NCBI GenBank assembly: GCA_963836235.1
Contig: CAWIIP010000004.1
Location: forward strand, 320,001-384,000
Length of the DNA: 64,000 nucleotides
Origin: an uncultured Pseudomonadota bacterium
Lineage (GTDB): Bacteria; Oederibacteriota; Muellerivitia; Muellerivitales; Muellerivitaceae
Direction of reading: 5' to 3'
How positions within the stretch are numbered: position 1 is the stretch's first letter; each line of letters begins with the position of its first letter. The notes beneath the pieces are model-generated. The model ran no database searches and had not been told where the DNA came from. It saw only the letters and a list, made by a program, of their open reading frames with translations. The position numbers and the translations under genes are program-made. This document shows, piece by piece, positions 49,233 through 58,526 of this stretch.

Positions 49233-50318
49233 ATGATCGATTTCACGCGCGACAATAACACTAACCCGGTCAAACCCGAAAATTCCGGGGCCGAGGAGGC
49301 GCCGGCTAAGGCCGCTTATTTCTTCCACCGGAAGGGGGACGCTCTTTTTAGTTCCAGCCGGTTCAAAGAAGCCGCGGTCGCTTTCCAAAAGAGTTTGGAC
49401 GCTTACCAAGAATCCGGGGATTCCCAAGGAGCCGCGCTTTGCTTTTTGCGGCTGGGGCGGTCGCTGGAAATCCTGGGCGAATATGGGAAGGCCCGCCAAA
49501 ACTACGAGGAAAGCTTGAGGATTTTCCAGGAATCCCGCGACCCGCAGGGTATGGCGCGAAGCAAAGCCCATTTGGGCAACGTGGGTTGGGCCACGGGCGA
49601 TTACGAGGATGCCTCCAACTTTTTGTGGGAGGCTTTGGCTTTTTACCAGGTGGGTCATGACGTGGCGGGCGAGGCCTGGGTGCGGGATTTGATGGGCAAC
49701 TTGCGGCTGGCCATGCGCGAAGACGGGAAGGCCGAAAGGCATTACCGGTCGGCCTATGCCCTGGCCAAAGAGCTGGGGGACAACCTGACGTTGGAAGCTT
49801 GGAACCATTATCACCTGGGGACGGTGGCGCTTTTCCGGGAGCAAACCGTGGAGGCCCAGGAAGGCTTCACCCAAGCCCTCGAGCTTTTCGTGCGGGTGAA
49901 CGACGATCTGGGGCAAGTGGCCACCCTGGTGCATCTGGGGGAACTGGCCTGCTCCCAGAAAAACCTGGCTGAGGCGGAGGAAGATCTCCGTAAAGCCGTT
50001 CAGATGGTTCTTCCCACCGAATGCAAACCCCTCTTGGCGGACGCCTTGACCGGTGTGGCCCAGATCCTGAAGGCCCAGGGAGAGGAACGCAAGGCCATCT
50101 TTCTGCTCATGGTGGTGCTTTCCCATCCCACCTGCCGGCAACAGACGAAGGACCGGATGGTTGATCTGGTTCTTCGCTTGGAATCGAACTTTACCCGAAC
50201 GGAAGTGGAGGACGGCTTCAAGTGGGCCAAAACCGTGAGCCTGGAAGAAATGGCCTCGTCCTGGTTGTCCGCTTCTTCCGTGAAGGACAAGCCCAAGAAG
50301 AAAAAGAAATCCAAATAA
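49233..50318 (+). CDS. TPR protein (MalT/TPR_12-like long repeats)
   Basis: Repeats such as LGRSLEILGEYGKARQNYEESLRIFQESRDPQGMA; poly-Lys tail. Confidence 0.8.
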   Translation: MIDFTRDNNTNPVKPENSGAEEAPAKAAYFFHRKGDALFSSSRFKEAAVAFQKSLDAYQESGDSQGAALCFLRLGRSLEILGEYGKARQNYEESLRIFQESRDPQGMARSKAHLGNVGWATGDYEDASNFLWEALAFYQVGHDVAGEAWVRDLMGNLRLAMREDGKAERHYRSAYALAKELGDNLTLEAWNHYHLGTVALFREQTVEAQEGFTQALELFVRVNDDLGQVATLVHLGELACSQKNLAEAEEDLRKAVQMVLPTECKPLLADALTGVAQILKAQGEERKAIFLLMVVLSHPTCRQQTKDRMVDLVLRLESNFTRTEVEDGFKWAKTVSLEEMASSWLSASSVKDKPKKKKKSK

Positions 50319-50361
50319 AAAACGCCTGTTCGACCTCGCTTTTGCCTCTTTCCAAAAAAAA

Positions 50362-50389
50362 CTGACTTATCTCCCGTTATGGCTATAAT
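50362..50389 (+). promoter_or_regulatory. Putative sigma70 promoter of asnB operon
   Basis: CTGACT-16 nt-TATAAT, 32 nt before asnB ATG. Confidence 0.55.
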
Positions 50390-50421
50390 TGGCTTTTCCA
50401 TTTTGACCCAAAGGAACTGCC

Positions 50422-52344
50422 ATGTGCGGCATTGTCGGGGCTTTCGGCTTTAAAAATAGTTCTTTCCCCATTACCGAATCTTATATCGCCAAGATGCGCG
50501 ACACCATGGCGCACCGGGGGCCTGACGGGGTGGGGGCCTGGATCTCCCAAGACCAAAAGGTGGGACTGGGGCACCGGCGGCTGTCCATCATCGACCTTTC
50601 TACCATCGCCAACCAGCCCATGGCCAACGCAGATGGAAGCTTGCAGGTGGTCTTCAACGGGGAAATTTACAATCACGCCGATATCCGAAAGGAACTCAAC
50701 CAAGCCGGGAAGTTCCAATGGAAAACCGACCATTCGGACACCGAGGTCATCCTTCACGCTTTCGAGCTATGGGGGATCGAGTGCCTCCACAAGTTCCGCG
50801 GGATGTTCGCAATCGGGCTTTGGGACGAAAAGAAAAGGGAACTTTGGCTGATCCGGGACCGGTTGGGCATCAAACCCCTTTACTACAGCATTCACGATAA
50901 CCGCGTCACCTTCGCTTCCGAAATCAAGGCGCTCCTGCAGGACCCGGACCAAAAGCGGGCCGTGCATGAGGAGGCTTTTTTCCATTACCTTTCCTTCCTC
51001 ACAACGCCGGCGCCCCAAACCCTCTTTGATGGCATCCTTAAGCTTCCGCCGGGGACTTGGTTGCGAATCCGGGAAGACGGAACCACCGAGGAAAAGCGCT
51101 ATTGGGACATTTGGGATAACGCCCGTTCCCTGGAGGGGGTTTCCGAGGATGAAATCGCCAAGCGGCTTTTAGAGGAGCTGAAGACAGCCGTCAAGCTTCG
51201 CAAGGTCAGCGATGTTCCTGTGGGAGTTTTCCTTTCGGGCGGGATTGATTCCTCGACCAACGCAGCCCTTTTTTCGCAAGGGGACAACCCCTCGACGAAG
51301 CTCGGGGCGGGCCAAAAGGTCAAAACCTTCAGCATCGGATACAAGGGGTCCTATCAGTCCTACCAGAACGAGCTCCACTACGCGAGGCAAGTGGCCGATT
51401 ACGTTGGGGCCGAATACCACGACTTGCTTTTGGACATCGACGACCTGATGAGTTTCCTGCCCCGGATGGTTCAACTGCAGGACGAGCCCATCGCCGACCC
51501 GGTCTGCGTGCCGGTTTATTACGTTTCCAAGCTGGCCCGGGAAAACGGGGTCGTCGTCTGTCAGGTGGGGGAGGGCGCGGATGAGCTATTCTGGGGTTAC
51601 AACGGCTGGAAAAAAGAACTAAAGTACCAACGCATCATGGACAAGCCTATCCCCACTTTCCTGAAAAAACTGGGGCTTCTTCCCTTGAAGTTGATGGGAC
51701 GCCGCTATTCGGCCCATTATGAAAGACTGCGACGCAGTTCCCTGGGCCAGCCCATCTTCTGGGGTGGGGCCGAGGCATTTACTCAGACGCAAAAAATGAA
51801 ACTTTTATCGCCTCGGCTCAGGAAAAAATTCAAAAATTTCACCTCCTGGGAAGCGCTTAAGCCTATTCGGGAGCGCTTTGAGAAGATGGCGTGGGAAAAA
51901 ACACCCCTTCAATGGATGAGCTACTTGGATCTTAATCTAAGGCTTCCCGAGCTTTTGCTGATGCGGGTGGACAAGATGAGCATGGGGGTCTCATTGGAGG
52001 GGCGGGTGCCCTTTCTGGATCACAAGTTCGTCGAACTTTCCATGAGCATTCCCGAAAAGGTGAAAACCAAGGACGGCATCCTTAAATACATCCTCAAAAA
52101 AGCGGTGCGCGGGGTTATCCCCGACGAGATTATCGACCGGCCCAAGCAAGGTTTCGGCGTGCCGATTTACGAGTGGTTCTTCGACAAGTTGGGCGAGAAA
52201 ACCCGGCAGGAACTGGAGGAATTTTGCGCCAAGACCGACTTCCTCGATCGGGACGAGGTTTTTCGGTATATTGAGAAAGGCGAAGGCCCCCAAGTCTGGT
52301 ACCTGCTGAACTTTGCGCTATGGTGGAAGGAATATGTCGCCTGA
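50422..52344 (+). CDS. asnB: Asparagine synthase-like glutamine amidotransferase (glycan amidation)
   Basis: MCGI, HRGPD, HRRLSIID, FNGEIYN, LSGGIDSS, GEGADELF, RVPFLD. Confidence 0.93.
   Translation: MCGIVGAFGFKNSSFPITESYIAKMRDTMAHRGPDGVGAWISQDQKVGLGHRRLSIIDLSTIANQPMANADGSLQVVFNGEIYNHADIRKELNQAGKFQWKTDHSDTEVILHAFELWGIECLHKFRGMFAIGLWDEKKRELWLIRDRLGIKPLYYSIHDNRVTFASEIKALLQDPDQKRAVHEEAFFHYLSFLTTPAPQTLFDGILKLPPGTWLRIREDGTTEEKRYWDIWDNARSLEGVSEDEIAKRLLEELKTAVKLRKVSDVPVGVFLSGGIDSSTNAALFSQGDNPSTKLGAGQKVKTFSIGYKGSYQSYQNELHYARQVADYVGAEYHDLLLDIDDLMSFLPRMVQLQDEPIADPVCVPVYYVSKLARENGVVVCQVGEGADELFWGYNGWKKELKYQRIMDKPIPTFLKKLGLLPLKLMGRRYSAHYERLRRSSLGQPIFWGGAEAFTQTQKMKLLSPRLRKKFKNFTSWEALKPIRERFEKMAWEKTPLQWMSYLDLNLRLPELLLMRVDKMSMGVSLEGRVPFLDHKFVELSMSIPEKVKTKDGILKYILKKAVRGVIPDEIIDRPKQGFGVPIYEWFFDKLGEKTRQELEEFCAKTDFLDRDEVFRYIEKGEGPQVWYLLNFALWWKEYVA
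51289..51312 (+). repeat. 24-bp REP-like hairpin inserted in frame in asnB
   Basis: CCCTCGACGAAGCTCGGGGCGGGC encoding PSTKLGAG. Confidence 0.65.
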
Positions 52345-52349
52345 TCCAA

Positions 52350-53660
52350 ATGATCCGTCAATATATCGCTGATCACGGGGGAACTCCCGGCGCGGCCCTC
52401 TGTTATTTCGGGAACCACTTCTATCATTCCAATTTTGTCCGGAAGGTTTTCCAAACTTACGGCAACCGGCTTTTGATGATCGGTTTTGGGCTGGTGGGAA
52501 GCGTGCTGACGGCCCGGCTTTTAGGGCCAGAGGGCAGGGGCTACTTGGGCACCTTTTGGGCTGTGGCGGGCGTCGGGGTGCAATTCATCAACTTTGGTCT
52601 CCAATCCTCCAATACCTATTACATCGCCAAGGATAAATCCATCCTGCCCCAGACCATGGGCAATAGCCTGGCGGTCGGCTTAGGGCTGGGTGCCTTCACC
52701 TCTCTCTTTGCGGGCCTCTTTTTTTGGATCTGGCCCCAGCTTTCACCCTTGCCCACGACCCTCCTGATCTTGTCTTTGACGGCCATTCCCCTCGGGTTGA
52801 CCGGAATGTTCCTTCAAAACATTCTTTTGGGATTGGGGGATGTGCGCTATTTCAACCTGATCGAACTGTTCGGGAAAATCCTTACCGTTTTGGTTTTGGG
52901 ACTCCTCTTTTGGTGGCACCGGGTGGATGTGCTTTCCGTCTCGGTTTTAAGCTTGGGAATTTCCCTTTTCACCTTGGTCTGGTACTGGGTGAAGTCGGCG
53001 GGACATTTAAAGGGCCCTTTAAATATTTCGTGGGATATTTTCCGAGACCACTTGAGGTACGGTTTTAAGGCTTATGTCGCCGCTTTTTTCGGTTTCCTGC
53101 TGTTGAGAGTGGACATCCTGATGGTGCAATATATTTCCGGGCCGAAAGAGACGGGGTATTACTCCATGTCCTCTACCATGGCCGATTACCTTTACCTGCT
53201 GCCGATGACGGTGGGAACCATTCTCTTTCCCAATCTTTCTTCGCTGCCTTCCAAGCTGGAAATGTGGAAAAGGACGAAAAAGGTTTGCGGAATATTGACC
53301 CTAGTTTTTATTCCGGGTGTTTTGTTTTCCATTATTCTGGCCAAGCCCATCGTTCTTTTGCTCTATGGAACGGCCTTTGAACCCGCTGTTTTTCCTTACC
53401 AAATCCTGGCTTGCGCCATGATTTTTTACGGTATTAATACGGTCCTTTCCAATTTCCTGGCGGCTACGGGTTTTCCCTGGTTCGCGGTTTACGTTTGGAT
53501 CGCGGCGCTTTTCGTGAATGTCGGCTTGAACTTGTTTTTGATCCCTCGATACGGACCCGCAGGCGCCTCTTGGGCTTCCCTGGTGGGGTACTTTTTGGTT
53601 TTTGTTTTGCAATATCAATTTATCGTTGGAAAAGAGATGAAAGAACCCGTTAAGCCATGA
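52350..53660 (+). CDS. Wzx-type flippase
   Basis: ARLLGPEGRG, LRVD..M, GYYS, LIPRYG..GAS; multiple TM helices. Confidence 0.87.
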   Translation: MIRQYIADHGGTPGAALCYFGNHFYHSNFVRKVFQTYGNRLLMIGFGLVGSVLTARLLGPEGRGYLGTFWAVAGVGVQFINFGLQSSNTYYIAKDKSILPQTMGNSLAVGLGLGAFTSLFAGLFFWIWPQLSPLPTTLLILSLTAIPLGLTGMFLQNILLGLGDVRYFNLIELFGKILTVLVLGLLFWWHRVDVLSVSVLSLGISLFTLVWYWVKSAGHLKGPLNISWDIFRDHLRYGFKAYVAAFFGFLLLRVDILMVQYISGPKETGYYSMSSTMADYLYLLPMTVGTILFPNLSSLPSKLEMWKRTKKVCGILTLVFIPGVLFSIILAKPIVLLLYGTAFEPAVFPYQILACAMIFYGINTVLSNFLAATGFPWFAVYVWIAALFVNVGLNLFLIPRYGPAGASWASLVGYFLVFVLQYQFIVGKEMKEPVKP

Positions 53661-55270
53661 CTCCCTCCAAAATTATCATTTACCGTTCCTCTCCCTATGT
53701 CGTTGAGACTGGCATGCCCGCTGATAACCGTCAAACGGTGGTTTCCTTTGACGAACTAAAGCAATGGCTGAAAAGCGGGAAGATATGGGGGCATTTGTTC
53801 CGCTATGACGAGGCCGTCATGGTGACGGCGGATTTAAGGCTGATCGCGAAGCCTTTCGTGACCACCCTTCTGCTGTGGTTGTTGGCCCGTAAAAGAACAG
53901 TGATGCGGGACGACCGAGGCGCTGTCCAGGAAGTAGGGATCGGCGTGCTTTTGTCCTTGTTCAGGAAGTTCATGAAGGATTTCAGGGGGAAAGAGAGATT
54001 CTTCAAGGATTTGGAGCTTCAAGTGAAGTCTCTTTGCTGGGAGGGGAAGATTGGAGCGAATCCGCGGCCGGATTTATCTTTTCCGCCGGTTTACCTGCGC
54101 ACGGACATGGTTTTTGGCTTGAAATCCGGTGGATCGGTGGGGCATATCGCGGGCGTATTGAACCAACTGGACCAGTTCACGGGAAAACCGATTTTCCTTA
54201 CCACCGACCGAATTCCCACCGTCCGGACCGATTTGGAAACTCATCAGGTTCTACCAGGAGACCAATTCTGGGACTTTAGCGAAATGCCGGCTTTCCATTA
54301 CAACCATGTGTTTTACGTTGAAGCCCTGCGGCTATTGGGGGAAAGAAAAATTTCATTTATTTACCAGCGCTACAGCCTGAATAACTTTTCCGGGCTCCAG
54401 TTGGCCCGACACTACAGGGTCCCCTTCTTATTGGAATACAACGGATCGGAAATATGGGTGGGGCGTAATTGGGGAAGTGTTTTGAAGTACGAGGCCATGT
54501 CGCAAAAAATCGAGGACCTTAATTTAGGGGAATGCGATATGGCGGTGGTGGTCAGCCAGCCGCTGAAGGATGAAATGGTCAAGAGGGGTGTTTCCGCCGA
54601 AAAAATCCTGGTCAATCCCAACGGTGTGGACACCGAATTATATTCGCCCAAAGTGGATGGCTCGATTGTCCGCCAAAAATACGGCTTGGAGGGGAAGACG
54701 GTTTTGGGGTTCATCGGCACATTCGGCCGCTGGCACGGGGCGGAAGTCTTGGCCCAGGCTTTCGGGGAGTTGATGCGAGAATTTCCGGAATTACGAACCA
54801 AGGCGCGGCTTTTGATGGTGGGCGATGGAATCACTATGCCTCTGGTGAAAGAAACTCTCGAGAAATACGGAGTGTTGAATTTCTGCGTTTTAACCGGCAC
54901 CCTGCCCCAGGCCGAAGGGCCCGCCCACTTGGCGGCCTGCGATATCCTGGCGGCGCCTACGGTTCCCAACCCCGACGGGACTCCTTTTTTCGGATCGCCC
55001 ACCAAGCTTTTCGAGTATATGGCCATGGGCAAGGGTATCGTGGCCTCAGACCTGGACCAGATCGGCGAGATCTTAAAACACAATGAAACGGCTTGGCTGG
55101 TCAAGCCCGGTGACAAGGATTCTTTAAAAGAGGGATTGAAGGCTTTGATGGGGGATAAGGCCCTGCGGGAAAAGTTGGGCCGCGCCGCCAGGGAAGAGTG
55201 CGTGGCCAAATACACCTGGAAAGAACATACCCGTAAGATTATCGAAAAGCTTAAAGAGAGATGCGGTTGA
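53657..55270 (+). CDS. Glycosyltransferase family 4 with N-terminal extension
   Basis: PNGVD, FIGTFGRWHG, SPTKLFEYMAMG. Confidence 0.88.
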   Translation: MTPSKIIIYRSSPYVVETGMPADNRQTVVSFDELKQWLKSGKIWGHLFRYDEAVMVTADLRLIAKPFVTTLLLWLLARKRTVMRDDRGAVQEVGIGVLLSLFRKFMKDFRGKERFFKDLELQVKSLCWEGKIGANPRPDLSFPPVYLRTDMVFGLKSGGSVGHIAGVLNQLDQFTGKPIFLTTDRIPTVRTDLETHQVLPGDQFWDFSEMPAFHYNHVFYVEALRLLGERKISFIYQRYSLNNFSGLQLARHYRVPFLLEYNGSEIWVGRNWGSVLKYEAMSQKIEDLNLGECDMAVVVSQPLKDEMVKRGVSAEKILVNPNGVDTELYSPKVDGSIVRQKYGLEGKTVLGFIGTFGRWHGAEVLAQAFGELMREFPELRTKARLLMVGDGITMPLVKETLEKYGVLNFCVLTGTLPQAEGPAHLAACDILAAPTVPNPDGTPFFGSPTKLFEYMAMGKGIVASDLDQIGEILKHNETAWLVKPGDKDSLKEGLKALMGDKALREKLGRAAREECVAKYTWKEHTRKIIEKLKERCG

Positions 55271-57363
55271 AAAATCTTTTTCATTATTTAAAGAGAGCCG
55301 TCTCCATCCCTCCGCATATCGCGGTGCGAAAAGCCGTCGCGAAGGTTTTTCGCCGATATACCGAGGCCCGGGAAAGAAAGCGGGACATAGCTTTTCCCAC
55401 TTATGGTCTGGCGGGTTTTACCCAAGGCTGGACATTGACACCCCGCAAGATGGATTTAACCAAAGTCCTGACGCTTCTTCCCATCGGCCCCGTTCTGGAA
55501 AAAAGCCGCCGGTTATTGGCCCATGAGTTTGACCTCTTGGGATCGGGTTGGGTGAAGGTCCGCCATGGGGCGAAATGCGCCGGGCTGGAAGGAAGTTTCT
55601 TCGATCCTGGAGAAAGAGTGACGGCGGATTCGGAAGGACGATGGTTGTCCCTGCGGATCAACGAGAAGAACCTGCCCGAGTCGCGCCGGATTTGGGGATT
55701 AATCGAACAAAACTACGAGCCCATTGATTGGCAATTGGATTTCAAGTCGGGTTATCGCTGGTTCGAAAAAACCTTGAGCCGGGATATCGCCTATGGGGCT
55801 TTACGGGGGCAGGATGTAAAGGTCCCCTGGGAATTGGCCCGGATGCAGCATCTTCCCACCCTGGCCTGGGCATTTGGGCTCGCTCTTCAAAAGATAGCAG
55901 AGTTTGAAGCGCCTGAAGTTTATGCTCAAGAATTTCGAAATCAAATCCTTGATTTCATTGCGACCAGCCCGCCCCGTTATGGGGTGAATTGGGCTTGCAC
56001 GATGGACGTCGGCATCCGGGTGGCCAATTGGATATTGGCTTATGACTTGTTCCATTCCCTGGGGACGAAATTCGATTCGGGCTTTGAGGAAACCTTTGCC
56101 CGAAGCGTCATTGAACACGCCGACCACATTTATCACCATTTGGAATGGGACCCCCTGCTGCGGTCTAACCATTACTTGGCGGATATCGCGGGGCTTCTTT
56201 GGGCTTCGGCCCATTTGCCGAAAAAGAAGGAGCATGACCGGTGGCTCGCCTTTGCCACGGGGGAATTGAAAAAGGAAGTGCGGTCTCAATTTGGCCCGGA
56301 TGGGGCGAATTTCGAGGCTTCCACCAGCTACCATCGTTTAAGTTCGGAGATGGTGGTTTATGCGGCGGCCCTGGGAATGGGCTTGGGGGAAAAAAACCCT
56401 GTTAGTTTCGTTGAAAAAATAGAGCCCATGGCCGACTTTACATTAGCCTTCGCTAAACCTGACGGAAAGTCGGTCCAGGTCGGGGACAACGATAGCGGCC
56501 GTTTTTTTAAGTTAATCCCGGTGGAGGAAAACACACTGGACCATCGCCATTTAATCGCGGCTTTTAACGGTTTATTGAACCGGGCCGATCTTGGTGAATT
56601 CGCAAGGGGTTTCGAGGCCGAAACCGAGGTGATCCGTCAATTGGCGGGCGAGACGTTGATAAAAGAACTCCATATGCCGGACGCTCATTTAGATGGGATT
56701 TCCTATCCTGATTTCGGCCTTTACCGAATGACCCAAGGAGCTTGGTGGCTGTGCGTCCGCTGTGGTTCGGTGGGCCAAAAGGGCAACGGGGGCCACGCCC
56801 ATAACGACCAGCTTTCTTTCGAGTTGTGCTTGGAGGGCCGATCCCTTTTAGTGGACCCTGGAACCTACCTTTACACGCCCCTGCCGGAAGAAAGAAACAG
56901 GTTCCGTTCGACGGCCATGCACAATACCCTGTCCTTTGAAGGCCTGGAACAAAATCCCTTTGGGCCCGAACTGTTCCGGCTGGAAGACATGGCGCGCGCG
57001 CGGGTGATGGATTTTCAAGAAGGCCTCTTTGTCGGGGAACATCAAGGTTTCGGTTCGGTTCACCGCCGGACGCTGAAACTGGACGAAAAAGGTTTAAACG
57101 GTTTGGATGAATGCCGTGGAAAAGGAATAAAGTCGATTTATTTCCACGCGGCACCGGGTTGGAAAGCGAAAAAGGTTTCTGCCAAGGTGGCCCGGCTTTC
57201 TATTGGCGGTCAAACCGCGCGATTTGAATCCCCGGACGGGGAATGGTCGGTCGAGGAAGGCTTTTATTCCGGTGAATATGGTAATAAGGAAAGGGCTGAG
57301 GTTTTGATCTTGAAATCCGAAGCGAAGATAATCAGTTGGTCCATCATGGCCGGGGAAAAGTGA
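55261..57363 (+). CDS. Heparinase II/III family protein
   Basis: DVKVPWELARMQH, SNHY, EASTSYH, GDNDSG, GHAHND, DPGTYLY, FRSTAMHNT. Confidence 0.88.
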   Translation: MRLKNLFHYLKRAVSIPPHIAVRKAVAKVFRRYTEARERKRDIAFPTYGLAGFTQGWTLTPRKMDLTKVLTLLPIGPVLEKSRRLLAHEFDLLGSGWVKVRHGAKCAGLEGSFFDPGERVTADSEGRWLSLRINEKNLPESRRIWGLIEQNYEPIDWQLDFKSGYRWFEKTLSRDIAYGALRGQDVKVPWELARMQHLPTLAWAFGLALQKIAEFEAPEVYAQEFRNQILDFIATSPPRYGVNWACTMDVGIRVANWILAYDLFHSLGTKFDSGFEETFARSVIEHADHIYHHLEWDPLLRSNHYLADIAGLLWASAHLPKKKEHDRWLAFATGELKKEVRSQFGPDGANFEASTSYHRLSSEMVVYAAALGMGLGEKNPVSFVEKIEPMADFTLAFAKPDGKSVQVGDNDSGRFFKLIPVEENTLDHRHLIAAFNGLLNRADLGEFARGFEAETEVIRQLAGETLIKELHMPDAHLDGISYPDFGLYRMTQGAWWLCVRCGSVGQKGNGGHAHNDQLSFELCLEGRSLLVDPGTYLYTPLPEERNRFRSTAMHNTLSFEGLEQNPFGPELFRLEDMARARVMDFQEGLFVGEHQGFGSVHRRTLKLDEKGLNGLDECRGKGIKSIYFHAAPGWKAKKVSAKVARLSIGGQTARFESPDGEWSVEEGFYSGEYGNKERAEVLILKSEAKIISWSIMAGEK

Positions 57364-58526
57364 TGACGCCCAAAAAAATACTGATGGCTTGCGCCAATTT
57401 CTGGACCTCGCCCTACCAAGTGGGGAGTCACCACTTGGCCCGCGAATTCGCGCGCCGGGGCTGGCAAGTGGCTTTCCTTTCCGATCCCATCTCTCCTTTC
57501 CATCTGCTAGGGGGAAAGGGTGGGGAACTGCGGGAAAGATTCCGAATTTACCGGCAGGGCGGCGTAAGGGATTTGAACGGAAAGTTGTGGACCTATGTAC
57601 CTTTCGCCTTGGCCTCACCCCATAACAAGCCCTTTTTGCGGTCCGGATGGATCCAGAAAAATTGGCCCATTCTTTCTTTGCCCAATCTGGTTCTGAAAGC
57701 CGCCCAGCAAGGATTTGGGGAAGTGGACCTTCTCTACTTTGACAGCGTGGCCCAGGCTTTTTGGCTTAAATATATCAAGGCGGGTAAGACTCTTTTTCGC
57801 ATCGCCGATAACAACGCGGGGTTCGGCAAAAGCACGCCAGCGGCCCGCCACGCGGAAAAGGAACTGGCCCAAAAGGTGGACGCCGTCGTCTATACGGCCG
57901 AAAGCCTCAAAAAGGGAATCGAATCCTTGGAGCCTCGCCATATGTTTCACCTGCCTAACGGCGTGAATTCCCTCCACTTTGAAGGGCCGGAGCCACCGGT
58001 TCCCGCCGAATACGACAGGTTGAGCAAGCCCATCGTTGTTTACGTCGGCGCCATGGAGGAATGGTTTAATTTCAAATGGCTTCGCCGGGCGGCGGACAAA
58101 TTAAATAAGGTTTCATTTGTGCTGATCGGTTCCACCCGCGCGGCGGGGGAATTCGCGGGACTGGACAATGTCCATTTCTTAGGCCCCCGGCCCTATTCGG
58201 CCATTCCGGCCTACTTGAAGCACGCACAAGTTGGGATCATACCCTTTGATCTGGAGGGCCATGCCGACTTGGTGAATAGTATCCATCCTTTGAAACTTTA
58301 CGAGTACATGGCTTGTGGGCTTCCGGTGGTCGCTACGGCTTGGCAGGAATTGGAACGGCTCAAAAGTCCCGCTATTCTGGCCCGCACCGAAGTCCAGTTT
58401 ATCCAAGGTCTCCAAAAAGCCATCGCCCGGCCGGGAAGCAAGACCCTTTACCGCAACTATGCCCGCAAACAGGATTGGTCTGGAAGAGTGGATGGTCTTT
58501 TGAAGTTCCTGGGCGGCCTTAAATGA
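57363..58526 (+). CDS. Glycosyltransferase (GT-B, TuaH/GumK-like)
   Basis: LPNGV, YVGA, PLKLYEYMACGLPVV. Confidence 0.85.
   Translation: MTPKKILMACANFWTSPYQVGSHHLAREFARRGWQVAFLSDPISPFHLLGGKGGELRERFRIYRQGGVRDLNGKLWTYVPFALASPHNKPFLRSGWIQKNWPILSLPNLVLKAAQQGFGEVDLLYFDSVAQAFWLKYIKAGKTLFRIADNNAGFGKSTPAARHAEKELAQKVDAVVYTAESLKKGIESLEPRHMFHLPNGVNSLHFEGPEPPVPAEYDRLSKPIVVYVGAMEEWFNFKWLRRAADKLNKVSFVLIGSTRAAGEFAGLDNVHFLGPRPYSAIPAYLKHAQVGIIPFDLEGHADLVNSIHPLKLYEYMACGLPVVATAWQELERLKSPAILARTEVQFIQGLQKAIARPGSKTLYRNYARKQDWSGRVDGLLKFLGGLK

Noticed and set aside
49218-55284. Long antisense ORFs 49218..50141 and 54412..55284
   Set aside because: Fully overlap well-supported plus-strand genes
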